Shown here in pieces: positions 38,641 through 48,619 of a DNA stretch of 64,000 bases. Within the stretch, counting starts at the first letter, position 1. Each line of letters opens with the position of its first letter. The notes under the pieces are model-generated. The model was not told the origin of the DNA and made no database searches. It saw only the letters and a list, made by a program, of their open reading frames with translations. Location of the stretch: the NCBI GenBank assembly GCA_016199085.1, contig JACQHJ010000002.1, forward strand, positions 122,622 to 186,621, read 5' to 3'. The translations under genes were made by a program, and so were the position numbers. The stretch is from Candidatus Levyibacteriota bacterium. GTDB lineage: Bacteria; Patescibacteriota; Microgenomatia; Levybacterales; UBA12049.

Positions 38641-39178
38641 TTTGTTTTTTAGAAGGAGAAACTAAAACAATCAATTTCCTTCCTTCAAGTTTCCTTTCCC
38701 TATCTACCTTTGAAATATCGGATAGCATAACGAGTGCTTTGTCCATGATCTGGTGTCCAAACTGCGGATGCGTAATTTGTCTTCCGCTGAAAAAGACTAC
38801 CAATCTTACCTTATCCCCTGATTCTAAAAAGTCTCTGGCTCTTTTTACCATGACCGACAAATCATTGTCGCTCATAAAAGGTCCAAGTCTTACTTCTTTC
38901 GTATCGGACGTTTTTGCCTTCTTCTTCTCTTCCCTTTTTTTCTTTTCCTCCTGATACAAAAACTTTTTAAAATCAATTATTTTTGCAACCGGTGGAGTCG
39001 CCTTGGGTGCTATTTCTACAAGATCAAGCATTTGCTTTTTGGCAAGATCTAAGGCCTTAGCCTTATCCAGTACTCCGATTTGCTTTCCCTCAGAGTCCAA
39101 AACCCGAAGAGACGTTGCAAAAATGCGTTCGTTAACCCTGTAAAATTTTTTACTGCTATCTTTAAATCTTTTTATCAA
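38621..39178 (-). CDS. infC: Translation initiation factor IF-3.
   Basis: INERI...LRVLDSEGKQIGV...DLVEI...AKIIDF and C-domain motifs. The true start is possibly non-ATG. Confidence 0.9.
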   Translation of the reverse strand: MIKRFKDSSKKFYRVNERIFATSLRVLDSEGKQIGVLDKAKALDLAKKQMLDLVEIAPKATPPVAKIIDFKKFLYQEEKKKREEKKKAKTSDTKEVRLGPFMSDNDLSVMVKRARDFLESGDKVRLVVFFSGRQITHPQFGHQIMDKALVMLSDISKVDRERKLEGRKLIVLVSPSKKQNEKVEN

Positions 39179-40382
39179 TTTCGTTTAGAACCTTATTTAA
39201 AAACTCTGACACTTTCAGCATTCCAAGATCTTCTCCAGTTCTTGTTCTCACCGAAATACTGTCAGATTCAACTTCGACTTTCCCTATTATACCTAAAAAC
39301 GGAATTTTTTGCAAAGCAGCCTCCCTTATTTTAGCTTGCAATGTTTGGCTTTTTGCATCAACCTCAACTCTTATCCCCATCTTTTTAAACTGTTCGTAAA
39401 CCTTTTTTGCAAAATCCATTTGAGCATCGGTTATAGGAAGAAGTGCCACCTGTACAGGCGAAAGCCACAAGGGAAATGCGCCTTGGAAGTGTTCGGTTAA
39501 AATTCCGATATATCTTTCAAAACTTCCCAGAATTGCCCTATGAATCATGACGGGTTTTCCAAAGCTTCCGTCACTTTTGACAAATTTCAAATCAAAGGCA
39601 TCGGGCATATGGAAATCAAGCTGAACCGTAGCCAGCTGCCATTCCCGATCAAGAGAATCTTTTATATGAACGTCAATTTTTGGTCCGTAAAACGCACCGT
39701 CCCCAGGTTTTAGTAAGTATTTTAATTTTTTCTTTTTTAAAGCCTCTTCCAAATCCTTTTCCGCTTTATCCCAGTTTGCAACAGTGCCCGCATAAACTTC
39801 GGGTCTTGTCGCAAGTCTAAAATCAAATTCAAATTTAAACTTCGTATAAAACTCTATCATCATATCCAAAATTTTTGAAACCTCATCGAAAATCTGGTCT
39901 TCAGTTGCAAAGATATGGGCATCGTCCATTGTTAATTGCCTGACTCGAAGTAGTCCGTTTACTTCCCCACTCTTTTCTCTTCTGTGAAGTTTTCCTATTT
40001 CGGATAGCCTTAAGGGAAGTTCCTTATAACTTCTTGGTCTAAATCTATAAACCATTGTCGCCTCAGGACAATTCATCGGTTTTAACGTATACAAAACCGG
40101 GTATTTATCGTTTTCATCATCTGAGAGAGTTAAATTGTACATATTGTGTTCTCCGAATTTTGCGAAGTGTCCTGAGTCTTTAAAAAGCTGTGATTTTACC
40201 ATTATCGGCGTTGAGATTTCCTGGTATCCCCCGTCCTCTGTCAATTGTCTGATATATTTTTCAAGCTCTTTGAAGATTATCATTCCTTTTGGAAGCCAAA
40301 ATGGCGCACCGGGTGCAAAGTCGTGGGAGAAGAATAATTCTAAGTCTTGGCCTATCTGCTTATGATCTTTTAAATCACTCAT
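39162..40382 (-). CDS. thrS: Threonyl-tRNA synthetase, minimal form lacking the N-terminal TGS/editing domains.
   Basis: Class II catalytic core (HRREKSGEVNGLLRVRQLTMDDAHIF) plus a C-terminal anticodon-binding domain. Only 406 aa. Confidence 0.85.
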   Translation of the reverse strand: MSDLKDHKQIGQDLELFFSHDFAPGAPFWLPKGMIIFKELEKYIRQLTEDGGYQEISTPIMVKSQLFKDSGHFAKFGEHNMYNLTLSDDENDKYPVLYTLKPMNCPEATMVYRFRPRSYKELPLRLSEIGKLHRREKSGEVNGLLRVRQLTMDDAHIFATEDQIFDEVSKILDMMIEFYTKFKFEFDFRLATRPEVYAGTVANWDKAEKDLEEALKKKKLKYLLKPGDGAFYGPKIDVHIKDSLDREWQLATVQLDFHMPDAFDLKFVKSDGSFGKPVMIHRAILGSFERYIGILTEHFQGAFPLWLSPVQVALLPITDAQMDFAKKVYEQFKKMGIRVEVDAKSQTLQAKIREAALQKIPFLGIIGKVEVESDSISVRTRTGEDLGMLKVSEFLNKVLNEIDKKI

Positions 40383-40418
40383 GAGGTTATTTTACCAGTC
40401 AAAGCCATAAATGTATAG

Positions 40419-40640
40419 CTATCTTATAAGGTCTGGCCTTTTCTCTATTATAAAATTAATAATGTCTGCGACAAAATTACCTACAAACGGAACCAGATTG
40501 ATGTTTTGCAAGATTATGCCAAGGATTGTAACTATAATCGCAAGGCCGACTGTTGCTCCAAGTGCCCAGGAAAGTCCTCCAATAAAATTATTGATTACAA
40601 GTTGTTTCCTGTTTGCCTTTACGTTTTCATGAGGATCCAT
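40419..40640 (-). CDS. Small two-TM membrane protein.
   Basis: 73 aa with two hydrophobic helices. Confidence 0.35.
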   Translation of the reverse strand: MDPHENVKANRKQLVINNFIGGLSWALGATVGLAIIVTILGIILQNINLVPFVGNFVADIINFIIEKRPDLIR

Positions 40641-40677
40641 AATTTAAGCATAGAAGCTTTTATAAACTCTTGTCAAG

Positions 40678-41247
40678 TTAGAGGCCAAGATCCGGTGCGA
40701 TTTTTTGCATAGCAGAAAGTCCGATTGTTATAAATTCATTTAAAGGGATTTGTAATTTTTCTTCACACATCTTTATTTGATCTCTGTTTGCTCCTTTGGC
40801 AAAAGATTTTTCTTTAAACCTGTTGAAGACAAAATCTGGCGTAACTGTCGCCAGTTTTTTATCAGGAGATATTAAAGTTGAAGCAATTATAAGACCGGTT
40901 AATTCATCGCAGCAGGAAATGCTCCAGTCCATTAAAGACTTAGGTTCTGCTTTTGTGAATTTATAATTGTGAGCAACGATGGCATAAATTAAAGTCGGAT
41001 CAAGTTTCCCCGAAAGCATATCCCTTGAGGTAAGTCCATGTTTTTCCGGATGATCCTTGCAAAGTTCATAATCAAGATCATGTAAAAGCCCTACCATTGC
41101 CCAATCATTTAAAGTCTCAGTGTTAGGCTGAGGATTAAGCCTTAAATACAAAGCCTTCATTACAGCTTCAGTTGAGAGCATGTGTTTTACAAGATTTGGG
41201 TTTTTAACGTTTTGAGATAATAATTGGAGTGCTTCTTCTTTTGTCAT
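40678..41247 (-). CDS. HD-domain phosphohydrolase (YqeK-like).
   Basis: H...GLLHDLD...H HD motif. 189 aa. Confidence 0.65.
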   Translation of the reverse strand: MTKEEALQLLSQNVKNPNLVKHMLSTEAVMKALYLRLNPQPNTETLNDWAMVGLLHDLDYELCKDHPEKHGLTSRDMLSGKLDPTLIYAIVAHNYKFTKAEPKSLMDWSISCCDELTGLIIASTLISPDKKLATVTPDFVFNRFKEKSFAKGANRDQIKMCEEKLQIPLNEFITIGLSAMQKIAPDLGL

Positions 41248-41270
41248 AAGTTTATTTTAGCAAAATAATG

Positions 41271-41344
41271 TGGGCCCGAGAAGAGTCGAACTTCTGACCT
41301 TTGCAATGTCAATGCAACGCTCTAACCAACTGAGCTACGAGCCC
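41271..41344 (-). tRNA. tRNA-Val (anticodon GAC).
   Basis: Cloverleaf GGGCTCG...TTGCA-TTGACAT-TGCAA...GGTTCGA(CT)...CGGGCCC-A. No encoded CCA. Confidence 0.85.
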
Positions 41345-41401
41345 CCATGATTGTATGTGTATTTTAACAGAGTTAAAAAACGAAAACAAATAACAAAGAA
41401 A

Positions 41402-42388
41402 CTATTTCTTCCTTCTTAAAACGGTTAAGAAAGCAAGCTTTTGCTCCGCTTCCCTTACTAACTCTGCTATTTTTAGGGTAGCTGCTTTTTTATTTGTTTT
41501 GGCTAGTTCCAGCGCTTCAATAAATTCTTCTCCTCGCCCTTTTACAAGAGTTCTTTCTGCTTCAGAAGTTCTTACTAACTCTTTTAAAATAGGAAATGCC
41601 GTTAAGGCGTCAAAAATAGAACTAACGATATCTTTATCTCCGTACTGAGCAACTAAAGTATTAACAACTTCTTCATCATTTGGCATACCGATTATAAATT
41701 CTGCGTCTTGAGCACTTATATTATGGGCGGCAAGAAATTTTACCGTAGATTCTTTGGATTGCATATGTAAGGGAATATGGTACATGGGAAAGCTGTCTAG
41801 GAAATCACGGTATTGATCCCGAAGGGCATGGTTTATAAATGCCCTGGCCCAATCCTCATCATGCATGGTTATTGCAACCGGTACGGTTACATTTGACAAG
41901 GCATTAATAATTGCCGCAGTTCTTGTTTGTTGCCTTGGTCTACTTATAGTTCTTCCCCCAGCCGTAGAGTCTAAAAATAAATAATCAAATGAATCGAAAA
42001 ATATGGCATATCCAAGATTGTTTGCTTCCTTAATGCTTTCAACCATTACATCTTCTGGGGCATCCTGAGCATGACCGTTAAGAAATACATATCCTTGACC
42101 AAGTTCGTCGAATATTTCGGAAAGTCCAAAAAGGATTGTTCCTTTTCCCCATTGTGGTGCACCTATGACGTTTATTTTTCCTGCTTCAAAAAAGATTTTT
42201 CCCGCTTCTACGGTTTCCTCAGGTCTCCAGACTTTTCTTGCATCTCTCATGTGTTCGACGGTTATATCTTTATAAGAGCCAAATTGAATTGGGATTTCTG
42301 AATGAGGTTTAAAGAATTTGATCCCTCCGCTTTTTGTTCGGACTTCTCGCTGGTGTCTACTTGTGCTTGCGGTTGCTTCAGGTGCCAT
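41402..42388 (-). CDS. Uncharacterised P-loop NTPase-like protein; higher GC.
   Basis: Walker A-like VIGAPQWGKGT. 328 aa. No family recognised. Confidence 0.4.
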   Translation of the reverse strand: MAPEATASTSRHQREVRTKSGGIKFFKPHSEIPIQFGSYKDITVEHMRDARKVWRPEETVEAGKIFFEAGKINVIGAPQWGKGTILFGLSEIFDELGQGYVFLNGHAQDAPEDVMVESIKEANNLGYAIFFDSFDYLFLDSTAGGRTISRPRQQTRTAAIINALSNVTVPVAITMHDEDWARAFINHALRDQYRDFLDSFPMYHIPLHMQSKESTVKFLAAHNISAQDAEFIIGMPNDEEVVNTLVAQYGDKDIVSSIFDALTAFPILKELVRTSEAERTLVKGRGEEFIEALELAKTNKKAATLKIAELVREAEQKLAFLTVLRRKK

Positions 42389-42391
42389 AAG

Positions 42392-43468
42392 TTATTTCAC
42401 GGATAAGAGGAAGTCTTTCAAAATTTCAAAATATATGCTAAGCCCTTCAGTCTCTACCCATTCTTCATCTGAGTGTAATCCTTCGCCCATTGGGCCGAAA
42501 GTAATTCCGGCACATCCTATTTGATTAAAATGCCTAACATCTGCTGCTCCGTGTTTTACAATAACCGGATATTGTCTGCCTGTTATTTTTTTAGTAGACT
42601 TTTTAAGTAATTTGATAAACTCATTATCCTCATCTGTATCTTGGGAAGGTTCATTGACTTGAGTCTCCATAGTAAAATCTTTGGGTAGTAATGATTTAAT
42701 CCTTTCAACAAAAGTGTCTTTATCCTGGGGAATATATCTAACATCCAATAATATACTGCAATCATCTGGCACTTTATTAAAAGTCTTATTTGTACATTCA
42801 ACACTTGCTACATTTACAGTTGTTTCCCAGGATTCTTTTAAAGGAACAGGAAAAGACTTTGTCAGCCTAACCAAAAACTTATTCATTTCCAAAATTGCAT
42901 TTTTCCCGTTCCAGAGATATGCTCCGTGTGCGGTTTTTCCAAAAGATTTTATTTTTATCCAAATAACACCTTTTGCCTTATTATTTATTCCAAGGTTTGT
43001 TGGTTCTCCAGAGATTACAAAATCACACCTTATACCTTTTTCAATTTGATGTTTTGCTCCATTAAATCCCCCTATTTCCTCATCAGTTACCAATTGCAAT
43101 CCTATCGCGTATGGAAGTTTCCTTGCCAGGGTCTTAAAAAGAATAATCATGGAAGCAGCAGCTGCTTTCATATCGTTCGTTCCCCGCCCAAAAAGCTTTC
43201 CGTTTTTTTCAACTAAATTAAATTGGTTGTCTTTTGCAGGAACAACGTCTAGATGGGCATTTAAAATTACACGAAAATTATTTAAATCTTTATTTTGATT
43301 TGAAAAGAGGAGAGATTTTGAACCGTTTTTCTCAAATTCTTTTACTGGGAAGCCTTCAAGCTCTTTTTTGCAAAGCATTAAAGCTTCATTGAGCGCTTTT
43401 TGATTATCAGACGTTGAAGGAATAGAGATTAATTGTCTTGTAAGTAAAAGTATTTGTGAGTTTGTCAT
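42392..43468 (-). CDS. M20-family metallopeptidase / amidohydrolase (ArgE/DapE-like).
   Basis: HLDVVP and GRGTNDMK signatures. C-terminal dimerisation domain. Confidence 0.85.
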   Translation of the reverse strand: MTNSQILLLTRQLISIPSTSDNQKALNEALMLCKKELEGFPVKEFEKNGSKSLLFSNQNKDLNNFRVILNAHLDVVPAKDNQFNLVEKNGKLFGRGTNDMKAAAASMIILFKTLARKLPYAIGLQLVTDEEIGGFNGAKHQIEKGIRCDFVISGEPTNLGINNKAKGVIWIKIKSFGKTAHGAYLWNGKNAILEMNKFLVRLTKSFPVPLKESWETTVNVASVECTNKTFNKVPDDCSILLDVRYIPQDKDTFVERIKSLLPKDFTMETQVNEPSQDTDEDNEFIKLLKKSTKKITGRQYPVIVKHGAADVRHFNQIGCAGITFGPMGEGLHSDEEWVETEGLSIYFEILKDFLLSVK

Positions 43469-43472
43469 ATTT

Positions 43473-44582
43473 TTAAGTTAATTTTAGATGTGCTGTCTTA
43501 TATTTCTCAATCTTTTTTTCATTAATTTTAAATCCAAGTCCTACAGTTTTTGGAACAGCGACAAAACCCTCACTGTCAACTATAAAACTATCATCAACTA
43601 AATCATCTTTATAGAAAAAATTTACAGGAGACATATCCGCGGGATATATATAATTAGGTAAAGATGCGACTGCAATATTAAAGGCTCTCCCTATTCCTGT
43701 CTCAAGCATTCCCCCGCACCATACGCCTACGTTTCGTTGCTTGCATACATCGTGGATTTTCTTGCTTTCCAAAAGTCCTCCTACCCTGCCAGGTTTTATA
43801 TTGATTATTCTACATGCATTGATCTCAATTGCTTTTCTTGCATCTTCTTTTGAATGAATGCTTTCATCAAGACAAATTGGTGTTTTGATTTGTTTTTGCA
43901 AGGTTGCATGATCAACAATGTCATTGTCTGCCAGTGGTTGCTCCGTCATTGTCAGATTAAATGCGTCAAGTGTTCTAAGTGTTTCTAAATCATCCAATGT
44001 GTACGAAGAATTTGCATCAACCATTAAATCAATATCACCAAATTTTTCCCTAATGCTTTTAACGACCTCGATATCCCACCCTGGTTTTATTTTAATTTTT
44101 ATTCTTCTAAACCCTTGCTTTATGCGAAGTTCTATCTCCTCCAAGGTCTCTTCAATTGAATCTTTGATCCCAATACTTTCCCCAACAGCAATTCTTTCCT
44201 GCGTTCCTCCCAAAAGATCTTTTAAATTCCTGTTTTCCTTAATTGACATTGCCATCCAAACTGCATTTTCAAGCCCTGTTTTGGCAAAATTATGATTCTT
44301 GATCGTTTTTAGAATCATCATTAATTCTTCAACATCTTTAAACCCCTTATTTAAAACCAATGGGGAAATATAGTCTTTTAAAACAAGAACACAAATGTCA
44401 GTTGTATCAGGTTTGTAATACGGGAAAGGAAGAGCAGCTGCTTCACCAAAGCCAATAATACCGTCATCTGTAGTTATTTTTATGATAACAGTAGGCTTCT
44501 CCTTGACAGTTCCAAAGCTAGTCGTAAAAGAACTGACCATCGGTATCTCAACCTTATATAAATCAATCTGTTTTATTTTCAT
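43473..44582 (-). CDS. Enolase-superfamily enzyme, MLE subgroup (dipeptide epimerase or N-acylamino-acid racemase-like).
   Basis: KIKIKPG KxK motif. Metal-ligand positions DANSSY, E and LDES. Catalytic IKPGRVGG Lys. Confidence 0.8.
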   Translation of the reverse strand: MKIKQIDLYKVEIPMVSSFTTSFGTVKEKPTVIIKITTDDGIIGFGEAAALPFPYYKPDTTDICVLVLKDYISPLVLNKGFKDVEELMMILKTIKNHNFAKTGLENAVWMAMSIKENRNLKDLLGGTQERIAVGESIGIKDSIEETLEEIELRIKQGFRRIKIKIKPGWDIEVVKSIREKFGDIDLMVDANSSYTLDDLETLRTLDAFNLTMTEQPLADNDIVDHATLQKQIKTPICLDESIHSKEDARKAIEINACRIINIKPGRVGGLLESKKIHDVCKQRNVGVWCGGMLETGIGRAFNIAVASLPNYIYPADMSPVNFFYKDDLVDDSFIVDSEGFVAVPKTVGLGFKINEKKIEKYKTAHLKLT

Positions 44583-44590
44583 ATTCTTAA

Positions 44591-46108
44591 TTATAGCAAT
44601 ATTTCGCGCTCTTTTATTAACTTAAGTAAGGCTTTATTAAATGGCATATTTTGTTTTTCAATAAATTCAATTGCCCTGTCTGCGCCATTTTTTTTAGTCT
44701 TTAAAACCCAGTCAATATATAAAAGATATTTCTGATCGGAAGCTGATAACCCCTTTTTGGCAATTTCGACAATTTTTTTTGCATAGTCGTAAACTTTTAT
44801 ATTTTTGTATCTTCCGCCTAAACCGTTTTTAATTGCTTCATTTCTTAGCTTTCCTAGATCATTCCAGTTAAAGCTATCTATGAAGCTTGTTGCCTCTTTT
44901 AGGTTGTTGATAAGTCCTGCTTGTAAAGCAGACGGACTAATTGCCACACTTTTGGCAATGTCTTCTCCGGCTGCCAATATTTCCCTATCTGCAAAATTTG
45001 CCCCTGCGTCTCTTCCCTCAATGTAGGTAAAGTTTGCAAATTGATTAAATATTTTTTCAACGTCTTTTTTATTTTGCTTTTTACAGGCCATAACAAATTC
45101 CCTTAGCGGAAATCTGTCGTTTTTTAGACCAAAACGGATTCTTGCACCTGTAAATTGGGCAAATTGCATTGCCTCTAAATGTAAAATATTTGGTTTTACG
45201 ATAAAGACGTTTTCGGTTATTCCTTCTAAAACATCCTTAAGCGCTCTAGCTTTCCATGTTTTTTTAGACAAATACGTAAGCACGGGCGGAGAATTTTCTA
45301 TAATTAAAACTCTGTCTCCCAAGCCTTTATAATTTTGTCCATTTCCTTCTCCTAACACAAAATGAATTCCGGAATCTTGTCCAAACATCCAGTCAAAATA
45401 CTGTGCGAGAGTATGAAATCTTTTATTTGGAAAATTAACAGTTCTTCTGTCGCCTTCGACCTTTGCATTTTTCATCATTTCATTCCAAAGACTAAGCCTG
45501 GATTCTTTAAAGTTTGAACGTTTTCCGTTTTCAAAAGGACTGTTGGCAAAGATTCCTATAAATGCTGCGCTTGCGCCAATAATTACCGATACTGCATCTG
45601 CTGCATCGTCAATATTTACTCCGGTTGTCGGACTATTTTGTGCTTTTGCGTCAATACCTGCTGCATGGTTCCATCCTCTATACCAAATGTAGGGATAAAT
45701 GCCTTTTAAAGCGACGAATTTTTTATACGTTTTTAAATCTGTTTTCCCCAAGGGATGGTTGGCAAAATTAATGATGGTAGCATTTTCTTTTTTAAGTGAA
45801 TCTTGCACCGTTTTTAAATCTAGTTCAATTTTGGCAAAGAGTTTATCAATGCTTGTCGTATACGGTAAAGCAGTTTCCTGGAGATTGCTTCCGTTATCCA
45901 ATCCCTGCTCCATCAAATCCTTACTTATCACCCCAATTACCGTTTTATTATCAACGTCACTTAAGTGAAAGTGGGGGTTTTGTTTTCTTTTGGCAGCCAT
46001 TTGCTTTAGGCGAATAAAAAATTGGGCAGACACTCCGTGTGGTTGTCCTGAAATGGATGAAGAAATGGGTTTTTCAAGTTCTAAACCAAATGTGCGTTGT
46101 GTTTTCAT
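44591..46108 (-). CDS. Carboxylate-amine ligase (GCS2 / glutamate-cysteine ligase family 2-like).
   Basis: N-terminal TFGLELE motif typical of GCS2. 505 aa. Confidence 0.5.
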   Translation of the reverse strand: MKTQRTFGLELEKPISSSISGQPHGVSAQFFIRLKQMAAKRKQNPHFHLSDVDNKTVIGVISKDLMEQGLDNGSNLQETALPYTTSIDKLFAKIELDLKTVQDSLKKENATIINFANHPLGKTDLKTYKKFVALKGIYPYIWYRGWNHAAGIDAKAQNSPTTGVNIDDAADAVSVIIGASAAFIGIFANSPFENGKRSNFKESRLSLWNEMMKNAKVEGDRRTVNFPNKRFHTLAQYFDWMFGQDSGIHFVLGEGNGQNYKGLGDRVLIIENSPPVLTYLSKKTWKARALKDVLEGITENVFIVKPNILHLEAMQFAQFTGARIRFGLKNDRFPLREFVMACKKQNKKDVEKIFNQFANFTYIEGRDAGANFADREILAAGEDIAKSVAISPSALQAGLINNLKEATSFIDSFNWNDLGKLRNEAIKNGLGGRYKNIKVYDYAKKIVEIAKKGLSASDQKYLLYIDWVLKTKKNGADRAIEFIEKQNMPFNKALLKLIKEREILL

Positions 46109-46116
46109 TGTCTGCG

Positions 46117-47790
46117 TTATCTTGAAATTGCTGTATTAAGAGCATTTATATCATAGATAACACTTCGTCTTCTCTCTTTGGTGAGTTTTTCCTGAGGAGT
46201 AGTTGACGGCAGGTTGGGAATTGCCAAAAGATCCTCGAGTTGGTCTCCGACATTTGTTCCAATCGGTGCGTCGTGTTCGGTCAGATAATATGTGGGAAAT
46301 GCGCCAATTTCTCCTCCAAGCCTGATTGACGTATGAGGTAAATCATACCTAGGCGTTGTCGGCAAATCATGTCCGTTTTGATATCTCTCTCTTCTTTTTG
46401 CTGCTTGTTGCATCCAGAGTCTAACTCTATATGCCATGGTTTCAAGCTCAGCTTTCTTTTTGTGATCGTGCGTACGTCTTCCTCTTTGTTCGATAAACTC
46501 CAAAAGACCTTCTGGATTAGCATTTCTTGAGAGATATTCCCTTATGGCATTGAACTGTATTTCAGGTCTTCCACCGATGGTTATCATCACGTCAGGATTT
46601 GATCGAATCCCTTGCATATGGTAGGTTACAGGGATATCCAGCCTGTCCCCAAATACCAGAGGATGTATAGCTGCATATTCAGCAGCTCTTTCTCTTCCCT
46701 TTTCTCCTCCCCTGTTGCCTCCTAATTTTTGAAGCGTAGTCAATGCGTTTTGAATAGACGGATCTTGGCTGTCTCTTAATACATGAGCGCAATATTCAAC
46801 AACAACCATAGAAGAGTGTTTCCTTTGGTCCCAAGGTATGTCCTGAGCGTATCTGACGCTTGATTCCAAATGCGGATAATGCTCGCTTACAAATCCTTTT
46901 ACTGTTTCCAAATTCGCAGCTGTTCTTGCTCTTACTTTATCAGGTTGCATTGTATGATTAATAGCAATTGCAGCTTGTGACGCAAAGAAAAATCTAACAG
47001 TCGGAAGCGTGGTTATGATTGCATTTTTAGTTCTTAATTCACCTATATCCTCAGCGGAAAGCTCTGGCAAGCCATATGAAGAATCAGCGATTGCCTTACC
47101 AATCTCGGCCCGTTCTTCTCTAGTTAATTCTCTGCCAAGAGATTCCTGTCTTTGAGCGACCTCGGTGTTATATGCTCTACTTCTTCTCTCCTTAATGACA
47201 ACAACCTGCTCTCTTGCTTTATAAAAATCTACGATTTGCTCATGCATAGTTAGGGCAGGAATCGCATACGCAGGCAAGCGTGTGGAAGTGTATTCACTGT
47301 CTGATCCGCCAAAACCTGTATTTATTACAGTTCTTCCAAGAAGGCTTGGGTCCCTTGCGACGTCAATAGCAAATCCAAAAACATTTGTAGCATGCTCTTC
47401 GCCAACTGACACAATATGTCCTTGTCTGGAGAGTAATATTGAAGAAAGCGCGGGAGCAATCTGTAATACATTATCCCATTCCTTAGTTGCTTCCGGGAGT
47501 ACTTTTCCAGTTTCGTCTAAAAGATCCTGACACCGGCTGTATACGACTTCTCTGACTGCGCTATCAAACTCTGTCTTATGCTCTCTGTCTCTTGGGTAAT
47601 ATGGATTATCACCGTTATGGTAAACTTTAACAACGCCCGTTTCTCTTTGACCAAAAGACGCTGCAAGCCGTTCTGTAAGAACAGACATACTTCTTGATTG
47701 CTCAATTATTTTTGGCACAGCACTTACTTCGGGATGGGCTGCTCCCCTGGTACTTGGCGTATAATATCTTCTTTCTTGTCCGTTTGACAT
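46117..47790 (-). CDS. Large hypothetical protein (about 558 aa); higher GC.
   Basis: No recognised motif. Arg/Ala/Gly/Glu-rich. ATG 47790 is preferred over the TTG at 47796 that the ORF track used. Confidence 0.45.
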   Translation of the reverse strand: MSNGQERRYYTPSTRGAAHPEVSAVPKIIEQSRSMSVLTERLAASFGQRETGVVKVYHNGDNPYYPRDREHKTEFDSAVREVVYSRCQDLLDETGKVLPEATKEWDNVLQIAPALSSILLSRQGHIVSVGEEHATNVFGFAIDVARDPSLLGRTVINTGFGGSDSEYTSTRLPAYAIPALTMHEQIVDFYKAREQVVVIKERRSRAYNTEVAQRQESLGRELTREERAEIGKAIADSSYGLPELSAEDIGELRTKNAIITTLPTVRFFFASQAAIAINHTMQPDKVRARTAANLETVKGFVSEHYPHLESSVRYAQDIPWDQRKHSSMVVVEYCAHVLRDSQDPSIQNALTTLQKLGGNRGGEKGRERAAEYAAIHPLVFGDRLDIPVTYHMQGIRSNPDVMITIGGRPEIQFNAIREYLSRNANPEGLLEFIEQRGRRTHDHKKKAELETMAYRVRLWMQQAAKRRERYQNGHDLPTTPRYDLPHTSIRLGGEIGAFPTYYLTEHDAPIGTNVGDQLEDLLAIPNLPSTTPQEKLTKERRRSVIYDINALNTAISR

Positions 47791-47796
47791 AAGCAA

Positions 47797-47822
47797 TAAA
47801 AAAACCGCCCATTTGGGGCGGA
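47797..47822 (-). terminator. Rho-independent terminator (GC hairpin plus U7).
   Basis: CCGCCC-ATTT-GGGGCGG followed by a U7 run on the - strand. Downstream of the 47956-48600 gene. Confidence 0.6.
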
Positions 47823-47955
47823 TCTATAAGGTTTACAGTCCAATCTCCGCCCGTTAAGGGTTTACAAGGAGAATGACCATAAACATTGATTTCATATACT
47901 AGATAAATGATATCAGATTACGCATGAAGTGTCAACGATGGAAAAATAAAGATTT

Positions 47956-48600
47956 TTAGCCTGTTTGCTGAGCGACGACTCTTTCACCTGAAAGTGAGAA
48001 GCTTGTGCCTTTTGAGCTGGCAAGGCTCCAGTAGTCTTTCTTATTTCTCTTGCTTGCTACCGCGGTTAACCATGATGCTGAACTCTCTATTCGAACTCTT
48101 GCGCTTTGGATTGTAGAGAGCATCCATTCAAAGAAATTAACATGGTATTTGCCGGGTTTAACTGTTTGTTGGATGGTTTCTTTTGTAACCTCTTTAAATG
48201 TAGATTCGAGTTCTTTGGAAGTTTCTACGATTTTTTTAAGCTCAACTCTAATTTGTTCAAGTTGTGTCCTTAACTCCCTATTTTCCTCTTGTACATGAAT
48301 AGTTTCAGCATGTATTACTTCTCTTCTGTAGTCAATGCCGGGTTCAATGTCAGCTTTTCTTTCCTGTTTTTCTTTTTTTGCTTTTGCAAAAGAGATTTCT
48401 TCTCCCTCTTGAAGCTCTCCTTCCATTGCTCTTACCTTATTTGAAGCGTCTTCTGCTTTTCCCAAAGCCTGTTGCATGAATGTTCTCCATTCCTGATCCA
48501 GTTCTTCTCTGACAGATTTTGCCGTAGTTTTAGCTACCTCAAAGCCTGCTTCGGCGAGGTTTTTTTCTCTTAATGTTTTAAGTAGATTTTTTGATGCCAT
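47956..48600 (-). CDS. Hypothetical coiled-coil protein.
   Basis: 214 aa. Charged heptad-like central region. No family recognised. Confidence 0.4.
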   Translation of the reverse strand: MASKNLLKTLREKNLAEAGFEVAKTTAKSVREELDQEWRTFMQQALGKAEDASNKVRAMEGELQEGEEISFAKAKKEKQERKADIEPGIDYRREVIHAETIHVQEENRELRTQLEQIRVELKKIVETSKELESTFKEVTKETIQQTVKPGKYHVNFFEWMLSTIQSARVRIESSASWLTAVASKRNKKDYWSLASSKGTSFSLSGERVVAQQTG

Positions 48601-48619
48601 AGTCTATAAGTCCTTTTTA

